In this document: positions 1-16,434 of the stretch, piece by piece
How positions within the stretch are numbered: position 1 is the stretch's first letter
Layout of the letters: each line of letters starts with the position of its first letter
Assembly (NCBI RefSeq): GCF_000181795.1
Contig: NW_003526941.1
Coordinates: 6,311,422-6,375,421, forward strand
Direction of reading: 5' to 3'
Origin: Trichinella spiralis
Taxonomy: Eukaryota
DNA: 64,000 nt
Translations under genes and position numbers: made by a program
The notes under the pieces: generated by a model
What the model saw: the letters and a program-made list of their open reading frames with translations, nothing else
The model's database searches: none
What the model was told of the DNA's origin: nothing

Positions 1-680
1 TGTTGATATGTTGACGGAAAAAAAACGTGATAAGAAAAATTTTCATTCTTCTTCATATACAGTCGCATTTCTGATTATTAGAGAGCAATTAAATTAATTT
101 AAATGAAGTTGCAGTTGTTTTGAATTTTTTCTGCTTTTGAAAAACTATTCAAACATTTCGAATTTTATCATCGTTTGTCAAATGTACCCATATTATACGT
201 TCGTTATTTGTTACCGTGTTAACTGATGCTTAATTTTGTACATATTTGCATTTAATTTTTTTTACAATTTATATATTAATATTTCTCTCCTTAATTTCTT
301 TCGATTATGCAACTTAAATTTTAACATTTGTTATGGTTTGTATGTACCATAAAATTTTTTATTTTTTTTTAGTTTTCATTATTTTGAATTTTCTGTTCCA
401 AAGAATTTGTGGTCACTGATCTGAAGTTCAGTTTATTATAATTGTATAAGAGTTTTGTTTTTTTGTATTATTGGACTATTTATTAATTAATTTATTTATC
501 ATAAATTTGAATTTTTTGAATTACATAACATTTCAGATATTGGTCGTTGGAACTTGCATATCATTTTACTGTAATTATAGGATCATTTTTTAACTTAAAA
601 AGAATGTCATTCATCCATCTTCAGCGTGTGTAGCAGTGGATTTTGCATTTATGAATCAGTAGCTACTGGACGCGAATGAA

Positions 681-3565
<2,885 letters not shown>

Positions 3566-4545
3566 CTGATGACATTTTTATTTTTATTTATTTATTCATT
3601 TATTGCCTAAAATTCTCAGCCACAAACCAACCGCACGTTCGGCTTACTTTCAACGCGTGCTCAAATTGTTGTTTCAGCTTAATTTTTTTTATTTTTCATG
3701 AAAGAGCCGACGTTTAACGGTGCATTTTGTGAATAATGCAGTGGTTTCCAGAAACTGCTGTTTTTATTTATTAATTGTTTTCAAATTCAGGGCGCTTGTA
3801 TAGTAAAAGTTGTTTTCACAGATTTTACTTTTAACATGAAGGGGCAATAATTTTTCAAACAACGATTTTCCCATGATAATATAAACAATACTTCAACAGC
3901 AGAATAATGAACAAACGTTTGAATAATTATTTCTCTAATATATACAGTACTATGACGAGTTGAAAGAATTAATCTTTTTACGTTGATGATTTCATCCGTG
4001 CATTCCAGTGTAAAATTCAAAAGAGTGCAATTTTTTAATTAAAAATGTCATTAAATTTAAAATAAAGCAACACTTGTATAGGTAAATATTTAGAAAGGTT
4101 AACTTGCGTGCAGAACTAGTTGACAGTATCGAAAACAAAGAATTACAGTATACCACCAGGAAATGCGTGTAAATTTTGCTCATAGATGTTTTTAAATTAT
4201 GAAGCATATATATTTTAAGTAATATTTATTTTTATGACAAAAATAATCTGCCATTATAATTTATTTTGCTCTAAAATAGTGGGTTTAACTTCACCAATGG
4301 ACTGGTATCAATTGCACACATTTTCAAATTTAATGTTTTTCTGAATTTGTTGTGTATATTTTAGTGCACTTTATTGAAGTGAATTACTAATTGAAACTTT
4401 ATGTTTTTCAGGAATTTCCGTTTGAAAATATTTCGACATTTTCGCTTGTTTTTGTCCCCGTTTACCTGGTAACTTGATTATATTTACATGTTTGTATTGT
4501 TGGCGAGTCAGTTAACAGTGTAAGTTTTTTCGGCTGACCGTCGAA

Positions 4546-7097
4546 ATGTCCGGTACAGATATGAATACCTTGCCAAATGATATCGATGAATTTGCTACAT
4601 CTCGTTTTTGGGAAACATTTTATCAAAAGACTGGTAACAACTTTGAATGGTAAGTTGGCCGGCCACACCGGTGGTTCTCAACAGGAAGATGTTGAGCATG
4701 CGTCAGTCATAGTTGTAGTTGTAAAAAGCAGGCTCTTAGTAGTAATTTGAAACGAATAAAGCTACACAATTCAATTATCTTTGATTAATTTTACGTTTTA
4801 TGAATTTTTTTCTGTTCTTTTGCGAAATAAATGTACAGTAGTGAATTTTTTGAATTCAACCATCACAGGTACGGCGAATTCCGCACATTCGGCAGTGTGC
4901 TAATGAAGTATTTGAAACATTCTGACGATATTTTGCAAATTGGGTGCGGATCGTCATGCTTGGCCGATTCGTTGTACGACAACGGTTACAAGAACATCGT
5001 CAGCATCGACATCGTTCGGTCGGTGATTAGGAAGCAAATCCATCGCAACCGAAAGCGGCGTCCTGAATTGACGTTCAGCCGCGGCGATGCTACAAACTTG
5101 GAATACGCGGACGAATCATTCAATGCAGTTTTGGATAAAGGCACACTGGATGCAGTAATGTCAACCAAAACGGAGAAATGCCTTGATCGTGCCAACGCGA
5201 TGTTCGCGGAAGTTCACCGAGTATTGAAAACAAATGGTCGGTACATTGTTTTATCACTGTGCCAATCGTTTGTATTCGAAGCTTGGATTAATTTTTTCTC
5301 GGAAAAGTAATTTTCTGTTTATTGTTATTATTATTCAATTTTCAGTTATAAATATATACTGTTGTTTTTTTTGTAGAAATTATATGCTTCGTGCAGTGTG
5401 CGGATCGAACGATTTTGATTCTGGAGTCATGTTTCCGTTACCACTGTTTTTTCTGGTTGCTATCAAGCTTTCTTCTCCACTTCAAGATCCAGTATTGACT
5501 GAATGTCATTTCCACTGCCGCACTTTCCGCATTGTACTTTTCGTGTTTCTTAGGTTATGGAAGTTTACAATCGAAAAATGCGAAGGACAGTTTGTACATC
5601 AATTGAAGAGATGGGCAAATGCATCATCGAAGCACAATCGTACAGCATGTTCAGCTTTTACATGCGAACAAGGTGATTGGATCGGTGGAAGAAAGTATTT
5701 ATTAGCTTGATTCATTTCTGTTTTCATTTTAGCCCTTTGAATTTCGAAAGGCAGGTTCAAATTCTTCAAGAATTCGACGGTAATATCAGATATACTATGT
5801 ACCTTGTCGAAGACAGCACTTTCACCGATTACAGTTCTCTTTACGCGATTTTCATCGTTCCACCAAACAAGTAGACGCTACTTGCTTGTAGTTGTAGAAT
5901 GCAACTGTTGATGATTGACTTCGTAGGCAACGAGAATGGCTCTATTCCTGTACTGAAGGTAGGAAGAAGTTGTGCAGATTGTCGAAAGTGAAACGTCTTG
6001 CCGTTGTGATCGTTCGTAATTCCAATTATGACATCGTCGAAGTGCGCAAGGATTTGGACACAATTGTTATGGACTTTGCACCCATTGAGCTATTGAATGG
6101 CACTGCTCTTTATTTGACCGTCGACTCGCCGAATTTGTCGTCAAAAATTCTTGTAAATTGCTGCTTTTTATGGTTTGATTTGATTTAATTCGATTCGATT
6201 AATTTTTCTCCAGGAAAAAGGAGTTACCATGTATTCGGGCGACTATTTGATCATGGATGAAAAAGAAGGCGACCATTTGTTTCGTCGAATTGTTTTTTCA
6301 GAATATCCAGGCGTAGTCCAATCCGAAGCTCGACTGTTGCAAAACAGTCAGCAGGTCGATTTGAATTATTTGACTTGTTCACATCATTCGGAATTTTTGC
6401 ACAGCTTGCCGGCCAAGTGGACCACTGGCGATCAGGAGATTCGAATTTTGATCGTTGGTCTTGGCGGCGGTTCGTTGCCTATGTACATCCGGAACAATTT
6501 TCCCTCGTTTCATGTTGTTGTCGTGGAAATCGACCCGTGCGTTGTTGAAGCGGCTAAAAAGTGGTTCAGCTTTGTTGCCGATGAACGCCTCAGGGTCGAA
6601 GTTGATGACGGGGTTCGGTATGTTCGCAATGCATTTTTCCGAAAGGAACACTTCGATGCCATTTTGATCGACGTTGCCAGTTCGGATCATGTCGATGGTC
6701 TGTTTGCCCCTTTGCCACAATTTGTAGCGGTTGAAATTCTCCAAGTTTATAAAGAATTGCTATATCCAAACGGTAGATGGACATTTGTTTTTTTTTTCAA
6801 TTTTTTTACTTTACCATTCACTATTTTACCATTTCAGGAGTGATCGCCTTCAATGTTATGGCCTATTTGGAATCGAAAGTCGATGAAATTATCAACGATT
6901 TGAGGACGATTTTCCCTTTTACCAAAACGAAGAAAATGAAAAATTACATCAACCAACTCGTATTTGCGTCACTGGATCCGAATTATGGAGATAATTTCAA
7001 CTCTACAGACTCTGATGATTCAATGTCAGTGATAGTTACAGAATTTTCTGCCAATTTGACTCTAAGCAACACGGTGCAGTTGAGCAATTCTGCTTAG
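4546..7097 (+). CDS. METTL13: eEF1A lysine and N-terminal methyltransferase (METTL13), multi-exon
   Basis: Exon 1 (4546-4649) MSGTDMNTLPNDIDEFATSRFWETFYQKTGNNFEW joins YG, resembling the METTL13 N-terminus. First methyltransferase domain: ILQIGCGSS..DIV..VLDKGTLDA. Second, spermidine-synthase-like domain: RRIVF..VVQSEARL, LIVGLGGGSLP, VEIDP, DDGV. Confidence 0.93.
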
Positions 7098-8674
7098 AGA
7101 AGAAGATGAAACGGAGCTCTTGTTTTGTTTATTTTCATTCATATATATGAAATTATCTGTTTAATCATTATTAGGCGTGGTTGAATATTTTTGCTTCGCA
7201 AGTGCAGCGTTCGAAAACTTTGAACATTCAAAAACAACAATAGCTTATTATTATTATTATTATTGTTACGTCAATTTTATTCTTTTCAGCGGAATGTTAT
7301 TCGCTATGAAAGTGATGTATGAAGCTTGTTGAAGAAATGAACAGTTTACCTCCAAGTTCAAATTAGTATTGTTTTATAATTATTAAACAGCTTATTTGGA
7401 AAACATTTTCCACTTGTTCTTTCTTTTATCTCTATCGGTGAATCTGTTTTTAAGATAATGAAGTTTTTCAAAAATATCCATTGGTAATATACTCTTAAAT
7501 AACGTCTGACGAATGTAAATTTCGTCAAATACGTAAATAAAACGAATATCTGCTTTTTACTTTTTTACATTAGAAAAATCCACTGATGTGTTTTGAAGGT
7601 ATACGGTAATTTTGGACAAAAAACATGTCCTGTGTCTGTGAAAGAAATTTTATTAAAAACATTAAAAATATTATTTATTTATTTATTTGCTTTTATATTT
7701 TTCAAAATACTTTTTCAGAAAGACATATATTCCATATAAGTAAAATGACACCTTTGGAATCTTAGCTACAGTATGAAAATTGAAAAGTTGTTTTTAACTA
7801 TGCTGCCTAATTTTTATGAAGCAAGTGATTCGTTGCGTGCTAGTAATTTTGATTTACGATGCGCGACGACCATTCCGAAATGATTGAAGTGAAAGATCAT
7901 ATTCAGAGGTATATTTTTTATTGCTTTGTTATCAATTGTTAATATTGTATTAGAGGGTCAGTTTGGATATGAACGGTTGAATGTCGTTTTTTTGCTGTTT
8001 TAACGAACAGTTTCTCTTATATTTTCCATTTGTTGACTATTCTCTTTTTTATCTTCACTCAATTATTGTCAAAATAATCGTTCATTGAATTGGCAACAGT
8101 TTATGTGTTCACTGAATTAAATCACTGTATTCTCAAACTCCGTTCAATCATGAATCATGAGCAAATTAAAAATACCAATTTCTGAAATTTCTTAATAAAT
8201 TTAATTTGTGGAAAATTTCTAATTTTCAGACACTTTAGCAGTTTTGTTTTACGAATGCGTCATTCAATTAAACTTATAAGACTTAAAAAAATAACACAAC
8301 GTTTTTATTATATGATAATTATGGTGACAGTGTAATAATTTTGAACTTGGATTGCACCCTGTAGACAGAACTAATGTCCATTTTTGTTAGTTTCTTTCCA
8401 TGCTTTTGACAGCATTTTATTTTAAGTTGCCTTTGAAGTATGGTTATATTTATGCAAATTGTGTTTTATGCATAAAGTGTTATACATGCACACCAGTCTT
8501 TTTATTCGAGAAAAATGTTCGAGAAATAATAGAAATGTATTATGTGTTTGTTTTTCTATGAATTAACTGTTGTTTAGAATACCATTTTATATCGGCCTAC
8601 ATTGTACAGTGTAATTTTTATTTACTCTGAGCTTTTCAAGTTTTGCATCAAATTTTTGATGATTTTCCCGTTAG

Positions 8675-9465
8675 AGGAGTGATTATTGATCACATTTATC
8701 ATTGTTACAGAACAGCTTGGTTGAAAATGTAGTCGTTGAAAAACAATTGCATTTTAATCCAATCAGTTTAGTTTAGTGAATAGAATTTTAAAATTTGGTG
8801 AAAGCAGTTTAATCGTTTAAAGAAATTATCTGCCAAGTCTATTATTATTATTATTGTTGTTGTTGTTGTTGTCGTTGTTATATTTAATTGGAAAATTATT
8901 AACTTTTTCCTTTGAAATATGAATTCAACTGAAACGACCGTAATGTTGTTTTCATTTTTTTTACTTTAAAGTTTTTGTAATTTCAATATTTTTCAGAAAT
9001 CAGGCTTTACTTCCATTACCTGATCAAATTAAATTCAGCATTCTTTTCTCTTGTCACGAAGAAAAAATTATAAGTATGTTTGAATTTACCTTATATATTT
9101 GTTTAGCTGTTTATTTTGAAAATTTCAGTTGAATCTAATCCATACTTTTGGAGCACTGAGGACTTGATAAAGTTCTTGCTCTCCTCGCCTTATGGGAAGC
9201 TGGCGATACCGAAAATATTGGAATTGGTAAGAATTGTTATCGTGCGTGATCAGTACACTTAATATTATTTGACTTACTGAATTTTGATAATAATTAAGCG
9301 AAGATGTATGTGCATGTTTTGCAGGGTTTTGATGGGGAATCTTTTTTAATGCTATCTGTTTCGGATATGAAGGACATATTGGAAGTCAAGCTGGGTGATG
9401 CTGTGAAGCTGTGTACTGCTGTTGAATACTTGAAACACCAAATTGTTTCTTTCATGAATCAGTGA
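8675..9465 (+). CDS. Small SAM (sterile alpha motif) domain protein; 5' end unresolved
   Basis: Exons 8675-8728, 8997-9073, 9129-9226 and 9325-9465 splice in frame (GT-AG) to ...IESNPYFWSTEDLIKFLLSSPYGKLAIPKILEL/GFDGESFLMLSVSDMKDILEVKLGDAVKLCTAVEYLKHQ..*. This matches the SAM pattern P..WS.EDV..FL ... DG..LL.L...D....L.IKLG.A.K. All exons are below the ORF-track length cutoff. Confidence 0.8.
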
Positions 9466-12003
9466 GACTGTTAAACTGTTGCTGCTTGTATGATTCTTTT
9501 TCTCTGATTTTTATATTCAGTTATTGCGTTTTAGTTATTATGTTGTGTATTACAAGTATTTTATTTTAGCACAGACAAATGTTTTGAAATTGTCTTTGCC
9601 GGACGACTGTATTTTTACCATTTCATTTCAGTTTCATTTCAATGTCTTTCTGAATTTTATTTTCTGCTTTATATATCATTTATAAAAAGGGCAACGTGCA
9701 ATAAGCTGTTTCTTTAAATGCTAACTTAAACTGGTCACGTGAAGTGCAGCATAAATGACAAACGATGCAATTAACAATTTCAACTGTGAGTTAAAAATTT
9801 AATTGAAGAAAGTAGCCAGCAAACGTTTATTAATTCAGTTTAATGAGGTTGTAATTTATATAAAGCACGTGAAATTTTCAACTGAAGCAGTTCAAATTTG
9901 ACATTCGCTTTTGATTTGCACTCTGAACGTCACTAAATGCAAATTTTGCGTCAATGTTGATTGTCGAATGACCGATGTCAATTTATTATATCACTTTGCG
10001 TGTTAATTTTACTGAATGTTATAGTGGTGTTATATGGTCATTTGCTTTGTTTTGCATTCTGAAATTTTTGCAAATTTCAAACCAAATTAACAAAGTGTTA
10101 TTTTAAATCTCATAATGGAACAAATTTAATCACAAGCCATGTTTATTACACCATGATTGTCAAACGTAAGTATAGTTTGTTGCTTTTTGTATTTTTTATT
10201 CTAATCATATTGTGATATTATTATTATTATTCCACTATGATTACTAATGAACGTCATAAAGTCATTTCAAATGTTAGCAGAAGTTGTATTACTAAAATTT
10301 TTTAACATTATATGAAGCATCAAATAATGAAACAAGAATGAATAGCATTCAACAAACGGAATTTCGAAAAGCTACTTTTTCACATAATTAAAATTCATTA
10401 CTTAGTCGTACGTGCAATCTTCTGTTTCAGCTATCAACATCTGAAATGTCTTCTTCTTTACTATATTTAATCTTTCTTTTATTTGCGTTACAAGGAACGT
10501 TGACAAAGTTGCATTTCAGAAATAAATGTTACAGCATAAGTTATAAATTGTTTTATTTCTTTTAATTCTAGCAGTGCTTGATATTCTTCTTCTTCTGTGA
10601 ATAAGTTTCTTTTTTGATCAGTTTTCTGAGCGATAAATCAACTGCTCATTAAATTCCCTGTTACCACTTTCAGTGGTATTTGTATCAACTACTGCTTCTC
10701 TCTGTATTAACTTCTCAGTCTATTTCAGTATTATCTTCGCATTATTTTCCCTTTACACAATTTATGGTGAACCTGATGTTCGAAATTCTATATTTTATAC
10801 AATTGTAAACGGATTGTAAATACTGTATTTCGATAAATACAGTTGAACTATTAATATTCAAGCAACTACAACTACAAGCTTCATTCTTTCACACAGCGCA
10901 CGCTACACATGCAAACAGCTCTAGGCGCACATTATTCGATCTTACTAATACATATTTAACCAATAATTATAGGAAGTGAGACAAAAAAAATAAAACTAAT
11001 ATTTTTTATCTCACTTACTGTTTTGTGTACAGTACTTTTTGACAAGCAGGTTTTAAGGACGATACAAATTTTTATGCAATTTCTGTTCCAATTGAATTTT
11101 ATTACTGTTTTTGTAAAGAATGTATTTAAAAAATGAATAACATTTAAGAAAAAGGCTATTCCAGAAAGGAAATGTAAATGAATTCAGAAAGTGCAACGCA
11201 GAGCTAATCAGCAGTTAATAACGTTAACAATAATTAATAGTTGTACGAATATGTTTCTTTTGAACAAATGCAAGTTTTTAAGGGAAACTTTAAATTACAC
11301 ATCAACTTGATTATTTTTTCGTACGATATATTGTAAAGTACAATGATGCGTGCATGGTAATGTTCAGTTTAAAAATAAAATTTAAAATTTGATCATGCTA
11401 GGAAAATTTATTTTTTTACTCAGGATGATTTTTTAACACTAAAAATTATTTGAAATCAACCTTGCGTATTTCAAATTACAAGGGAAATATTGAGACTGCA
11501 CAATTTTACAAATGACTGCAAGAATTCAGTTATAATAGCGACATCAGAAATTTAAAATACAGTTCTCATTACAACTTATAGAAGTAATAAATTACAACTA
11601 TCGCAGTTTAACTAATAGAAGTTAAAATCGGTTTTACATATTTTGCCAATAAAACATTATAGTTTAAAATTAAATTTTCTTTGAATCCACAACAGATTTA
11701 TTTGAGGAACTTTATTCAATTAAGTTTGCGCTGTTATCATGTTTCATGCTTTCTTATTGAAATGTTATTCAAAAAAGAAAACGCAAATAAAATGTTAGTT
11801 TTATTTATTAATTCTTCTCAGGTAATCAACAATAACAAAATTTTGCTTGACATGTTTGCTGACAATAATAAGAAATCTCTCAAGCGACCAAGTGTGAGAT
11901 GCAAGTCAACTGAGATCCGATCATTGACACGGTAAAGAAAAAACTTATTATCGACAGCAAACAATCTAAATAAAATATCATTCTGATGGCAAAAAAAAGA
12001 CTT

Positions 12004-12882
12004 TCAAGCAAACTTGGTTTCGATGCAGAACTGCTCAATAAATTGAAATAAGGTGGCTTTTACTTGTTGGTTGGCTGCATCTGGAATTTTCTCTTGTTCA
12101 TTCTTTTCTCGAACTGCAGGTCTGATAACTGCTATGGCTACTACTCTCATGTTATATTGGCGAGCGGCCACTACTTCATGGCATAAATTCATCCCAATTG
12201 CATCAGAGCCTAGTGTTTTTATAAATTCCATTTCAGTTCTCGTAGGATGTGCAGAATTACCGAGCACTGTGTACACACCTTCATGAACACGTTTTTCCAA
12301 ATTTGCTTTTTCAGCAATAGATTTCAGAATTTGCCTGTATTCTGCATCGTAAGCCATGCGTAGATTGGGAAATTGAATACCATAAAGATTCTCATATCTT
12401 CCTGCCAGTGCACTGAAGCCCATTAATTCTGCAAAATTCAAATGATCCTTAATGATCATAAAGTCACCAGCTTTGAACTTTTGATTCAAACTGTGTGCGT
12501 TTGATATCAATAAGATCAATTCAGCACCAAGCAGATGTAAAATACGAACGGGTGCGACAGTCTCTGAAACGGTATAACCATCGTATGTACTCAAATGTGC
12601 AAACATGCAACCAATATAAGCTTTTCCAACATAACCGAATACAAAATTATTCTGATCGCAGTTTTTACGGTTCACAGGAAAACCTGGAATACCTTCACAG
12701 CTGATGGTTTCGCTATTCGACAGAAACGTACCAATTTCTGCAAAGTTTTCACTGCAAAGTATGGCAATTTGAATATTTTGCTTGATTTTCAGTTTCAAAT
12801 AATTGGCCGCTACTCTGCACTGTTCATGCTCATCTTCGGCAGACGATGACAATCTGGAAAAGAAGAAAGTCGTGTTCGACAT
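12004..12882 (-). CDS. Purine nucleoside phosphorylase (trimeric PNP family) homologue, probably catalytically inactive
   Basis: One uninterrupted ORF with the PNP scaffold (IPGFP, FVFG, YDGY, PVRILHLLG, KFKAGDFMIIKDHLNF, FP....AYD, HEGVY, LGSDAIGM...EVVAAR). ATG at 12882. A pyrimidine-rich ttttccag acceptor at ~12854 means an upstream exon is also possible. Confidence 0.85.
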   Translation of the reverse strand: MSNTTFFFSRLSSSAEDEHEQCRVAANYLKLKIKQNIQIAILCSENFAEIGTFLSNSETISCEGIPGFPVNRKNCDQNNFVFGYVGKAYIGCMFAHLSTYDGYTVSETVAPVRILHLLGAELILLISNAHSLNQKFKAGDFMIIKDHLNFAELMGFSALAGRYENLYGIQFPNLRMAYDAEYRQILKSIAEKANLEKRVHEGVYTVLGNSAHPTRTEMEFIKTLGSDAIGMNLCHEVVAARQYNMRVVAIAVIRPAVREKNEQEKIPDAANQQVKATLFQFIEQFCIETKFA

Positions 12883-15800
12883 TTGTACGATTAGCAAATT
12901 GCAAACCAAATCCAGATAAATTTGAAGCTTTTCAATAATAAGCACTTTCGGTAAACTTGCTATACCACCATACTGTACTAGTAAAATACTTTCAGGTTAA
13001 AATCTTTTAAAAATATTATAGTATTTATATCTTTTATTTAGAAGCTCATAATCCATGTTAAAAAATTAATAAAAAAATATTTTTATATTTTTATTTAATT
13101 TTCATTAGCAACACATCTTTTTTGGCTATTATACAAAGAATAATCGATGAGAGAATTCACGAACAAATTGCGCAATTTGATTGGTCAATTTTGATTTCTG
13201 GCCCCGCCTTTACACTTGCAAAGCCTTTGTTTGTGATTATATTCTCCAGCTTTCTATCTGTACGACATTCAGATAGTTGTTCTCTCTATTTCTCAGCCAA
13301 TGCTTATCATAACTTGGCATATTTTACGCTCTGCCACCAATTTTTGAATACAATACTAGGCGATTATAATTTTTATATTAAATAAACAATTGCTCAATAA
13401 TATGTAATAAAATTTTGTTATATTCGTAAGTTTGTTTCGTTGTCTTTTTCAGATTTATGAACAAATCCATTATTTTTGATGTTGACGTAGGCTTACTTGT
13501 GGTCGAAGCAGTAAAACGAAACAACATATTTGATGCTGCGGTGGAAACAGTTGGATGTGTGTTTTAAATTGATAGCCAAAACTGTGTTAATGTTTCACGA
13601 TCAAAACTGACTTTAAACGAAAAATCTTCAGACAAATCGATTAATTCTCCATCTGCTTTTGTGGATTTGCCGGTACAGACATTTAATGGTACCTAGGAGG
13701 GGAAAATATCACCATATTTTATATTGGGAAGTTGTAAATTATAAATTACTGTTCTGATGATTTCCGGTTAACATTCTTGAAAAATTTTCAGCATTCAATT
13801 TTTGAAAAATATATTTTCAATTTATACTAATTTTACTTACGCGTTATTAAAAGCATGCAGTTTTGATATACTTTCAAACTACTCTTTTCAATAATAATAA
13901 TGAAGGAAAATAACACTTTAAAATAATAAAGATATTTTTAAATTATTTAAATCGATTATATTAAAAATCTTATTTTACGTCATCTGTTGTCGACATTTGC
14001 CTAACGCACAGTTTAAATTATGATCAACTTTAAATAATTCAAACAGTTAAAACTCAGAGAAAGTGCAATGAAAAGGAATTTATCTAAAATTAACGTGTCA
14101 TTGCATAGGATTTATTTGAATTTTTTCAGAACTGCACTGTGACTTAGAGTCGAACAGCAATAGACAGGCATTTGGAAAACGGTACAGAATAATAATGTGA
14201 TGATCACTAGACAAGCAACGCGTTCAGTTCTACTCTTTAATATCATCGATCATTGAAGGTAAGTTCTTTTTTTATAGCTGAGCTAACGTTCTGTGCAAGC
14301 ATCGTATGTTTGCAGGACTTCGGCTATATGTCTGTGGAAAACTAACATATATTTATTTCATTTCCATTAGCTAACCTTCAGATCAGCTCAGTCGATGCTT
14401 CGATGAGAAATTGCCTATCATATCGATAAATATTTCATTTTGGTTGCTGAGAAATTTGCTAAAACTCCAATTTATCAATATTGAGATTTGTAAAAGCATT
14501 GTAAACAGAAAATTGTTTCAACTTTGGGGGTAGATCTCCATTTCTATTATCTGAATTCAAATAGCTTCTTTGCCTTCCACATGAACAATATCTGAACAAA
14601 TGCGCATCAGAAAGAAATACTAACGACACAAATGTGGTCAATTTATTTGCATGATGGTAAAACATAAACAAATTTCAACTTTATGAAATTTCTATGCAAA
14701 TCAGTCTGCATTACGAGGATACGACTAATGATGAATCATTGAATGCTGTGTGAAAAACGTAATTTCAAGGACAACTCCATTGCGGGAAAATAAAAAGATT
14801 TGTTTTATGGAAAAATAACAAAATAATTAATCTACTTGGCATGGAATGTTAACGAATATTTTCTATAACGTCATCTGCTCTATAAACTTATTTAGACGAA
14901 TTTTTATAGTTATTTATAAATGACTAATTATTCAGTGTTCACTGCTTTTGTGACATGTAATCCACTTGACATGTAATTTTTAGGCATATTTTTTATATCA
15001 TCATCAGTTGTTTAAACTTCTTTAAACAGGTTTTTTAAATTTATTTATGAATTACTGATTATTCAATGTGCGCTGCTTTTCTGAACGACTCAGCATGATC
15101 GGCAGGAATAACAAGTGGAATAACTCTGTTTCTGAATGTATTGCAAAAAGATCTGTTTTGGAAGAAAATTAATTTATTACGTGTTTGCTAATTTTTCAAG
15201 AAAATAAGGTTGCAATATTTCAGATCAATAGTATGTATATTCGGCGTTCAACTGTCACTGATATTCAGCTGAGGAAGTGCGGTTCAACAAAAAGCGACAA
15301 CTCAACTTGAAACAAAATCACCAACAAATCCATAAACAGGTATACATAACCAACCATTCATTTAAATAATAATAAAACAACAGAAAAAATGAAAATGTAT
15401 TTAGATTAACGAAGATCAAGAAGTTTCTAATAAGCATTCACGACTCAAAAGGGTAACTGTTCTACATTCTACATACAATAAATACTTTATTGAATTTCAA
15501 TGAAATCGTAATAACTTTTAGTACTTAGTAAAGTTTAACATAATGTTTACATACCATTACGCCACAACTGGGCAAATATGAATTTACATCACCAAAGGCA
15601 AGTTTATATTATTCAAATTCCTCAAGCTTGACACACTTTTAAAAGGATCATATTCATAGTTATTCATAGTCTTCACAGGAATATTATGTGTGAAAATCAT
15701 CGGTCAAGGAACGCCCTAAAGTGTCCGCTTCGATATCATCGATAGTTATGAGGTAAGGCATTTGTACAATTGTACTAACGTTCTTGGTATGTATCCCATC

Positions 15801-16434
15801 TGTTCAGTTTGATTAAATCTTATTTCAGACCAAAGGCCTGACTCTAGGGAACACAAATGTATTATTGAATTCTTTCTTCATATATGGAACTGTATTCTAC
15901 AATTATTTATTACAGAAACTAACAATAATACTCAATTGATTATTTAATGAGATATTTGGCAAAATTGCTTGTTAGAAAAGGTGCCATTTACAGAAAGAAA
16001 TAATGCATGATTCCATGAAAAATGTAAATGAAACGTTTTCTTTTGAATTTTTCTTATTTCTGCATCATATTTAATCAATTAAATTGCGTGAATAAAAATT
16101 TGCATTTCAAAGGGTTTCTGTATTACAAAAGTGAAATTCAGGCACAAATCTTATTGGAATCAGCAACTTTTGCTCGCGGGTATTTGTTCAAATATTTGTA
16201 TAAATGTTAATGAAATGCAATTATAGGATGTATTGTCAAGCGCGCAGGTTTCGTTTCTATCTCTGACGTCCCCATTAAAATCGCATCATTGTACAACTTT
16301 TTTGCAATATCTCGGCAAATACGTGTTTGTACGACGTGCGACCAGGTTTGTAATGATTAACTTAATTTTTCTGATCAATTGAATCACTTTTGCACCAATC
16401 CGAAATTTTCGACCTTTTCAAAAANNNNNNNNNN

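Noticed and set aside
10430..10790. Purine-rich minus-strand stretch resembling decayed coding sequence
   Set aside because: Stops in the frames examined and no recognisable domain.
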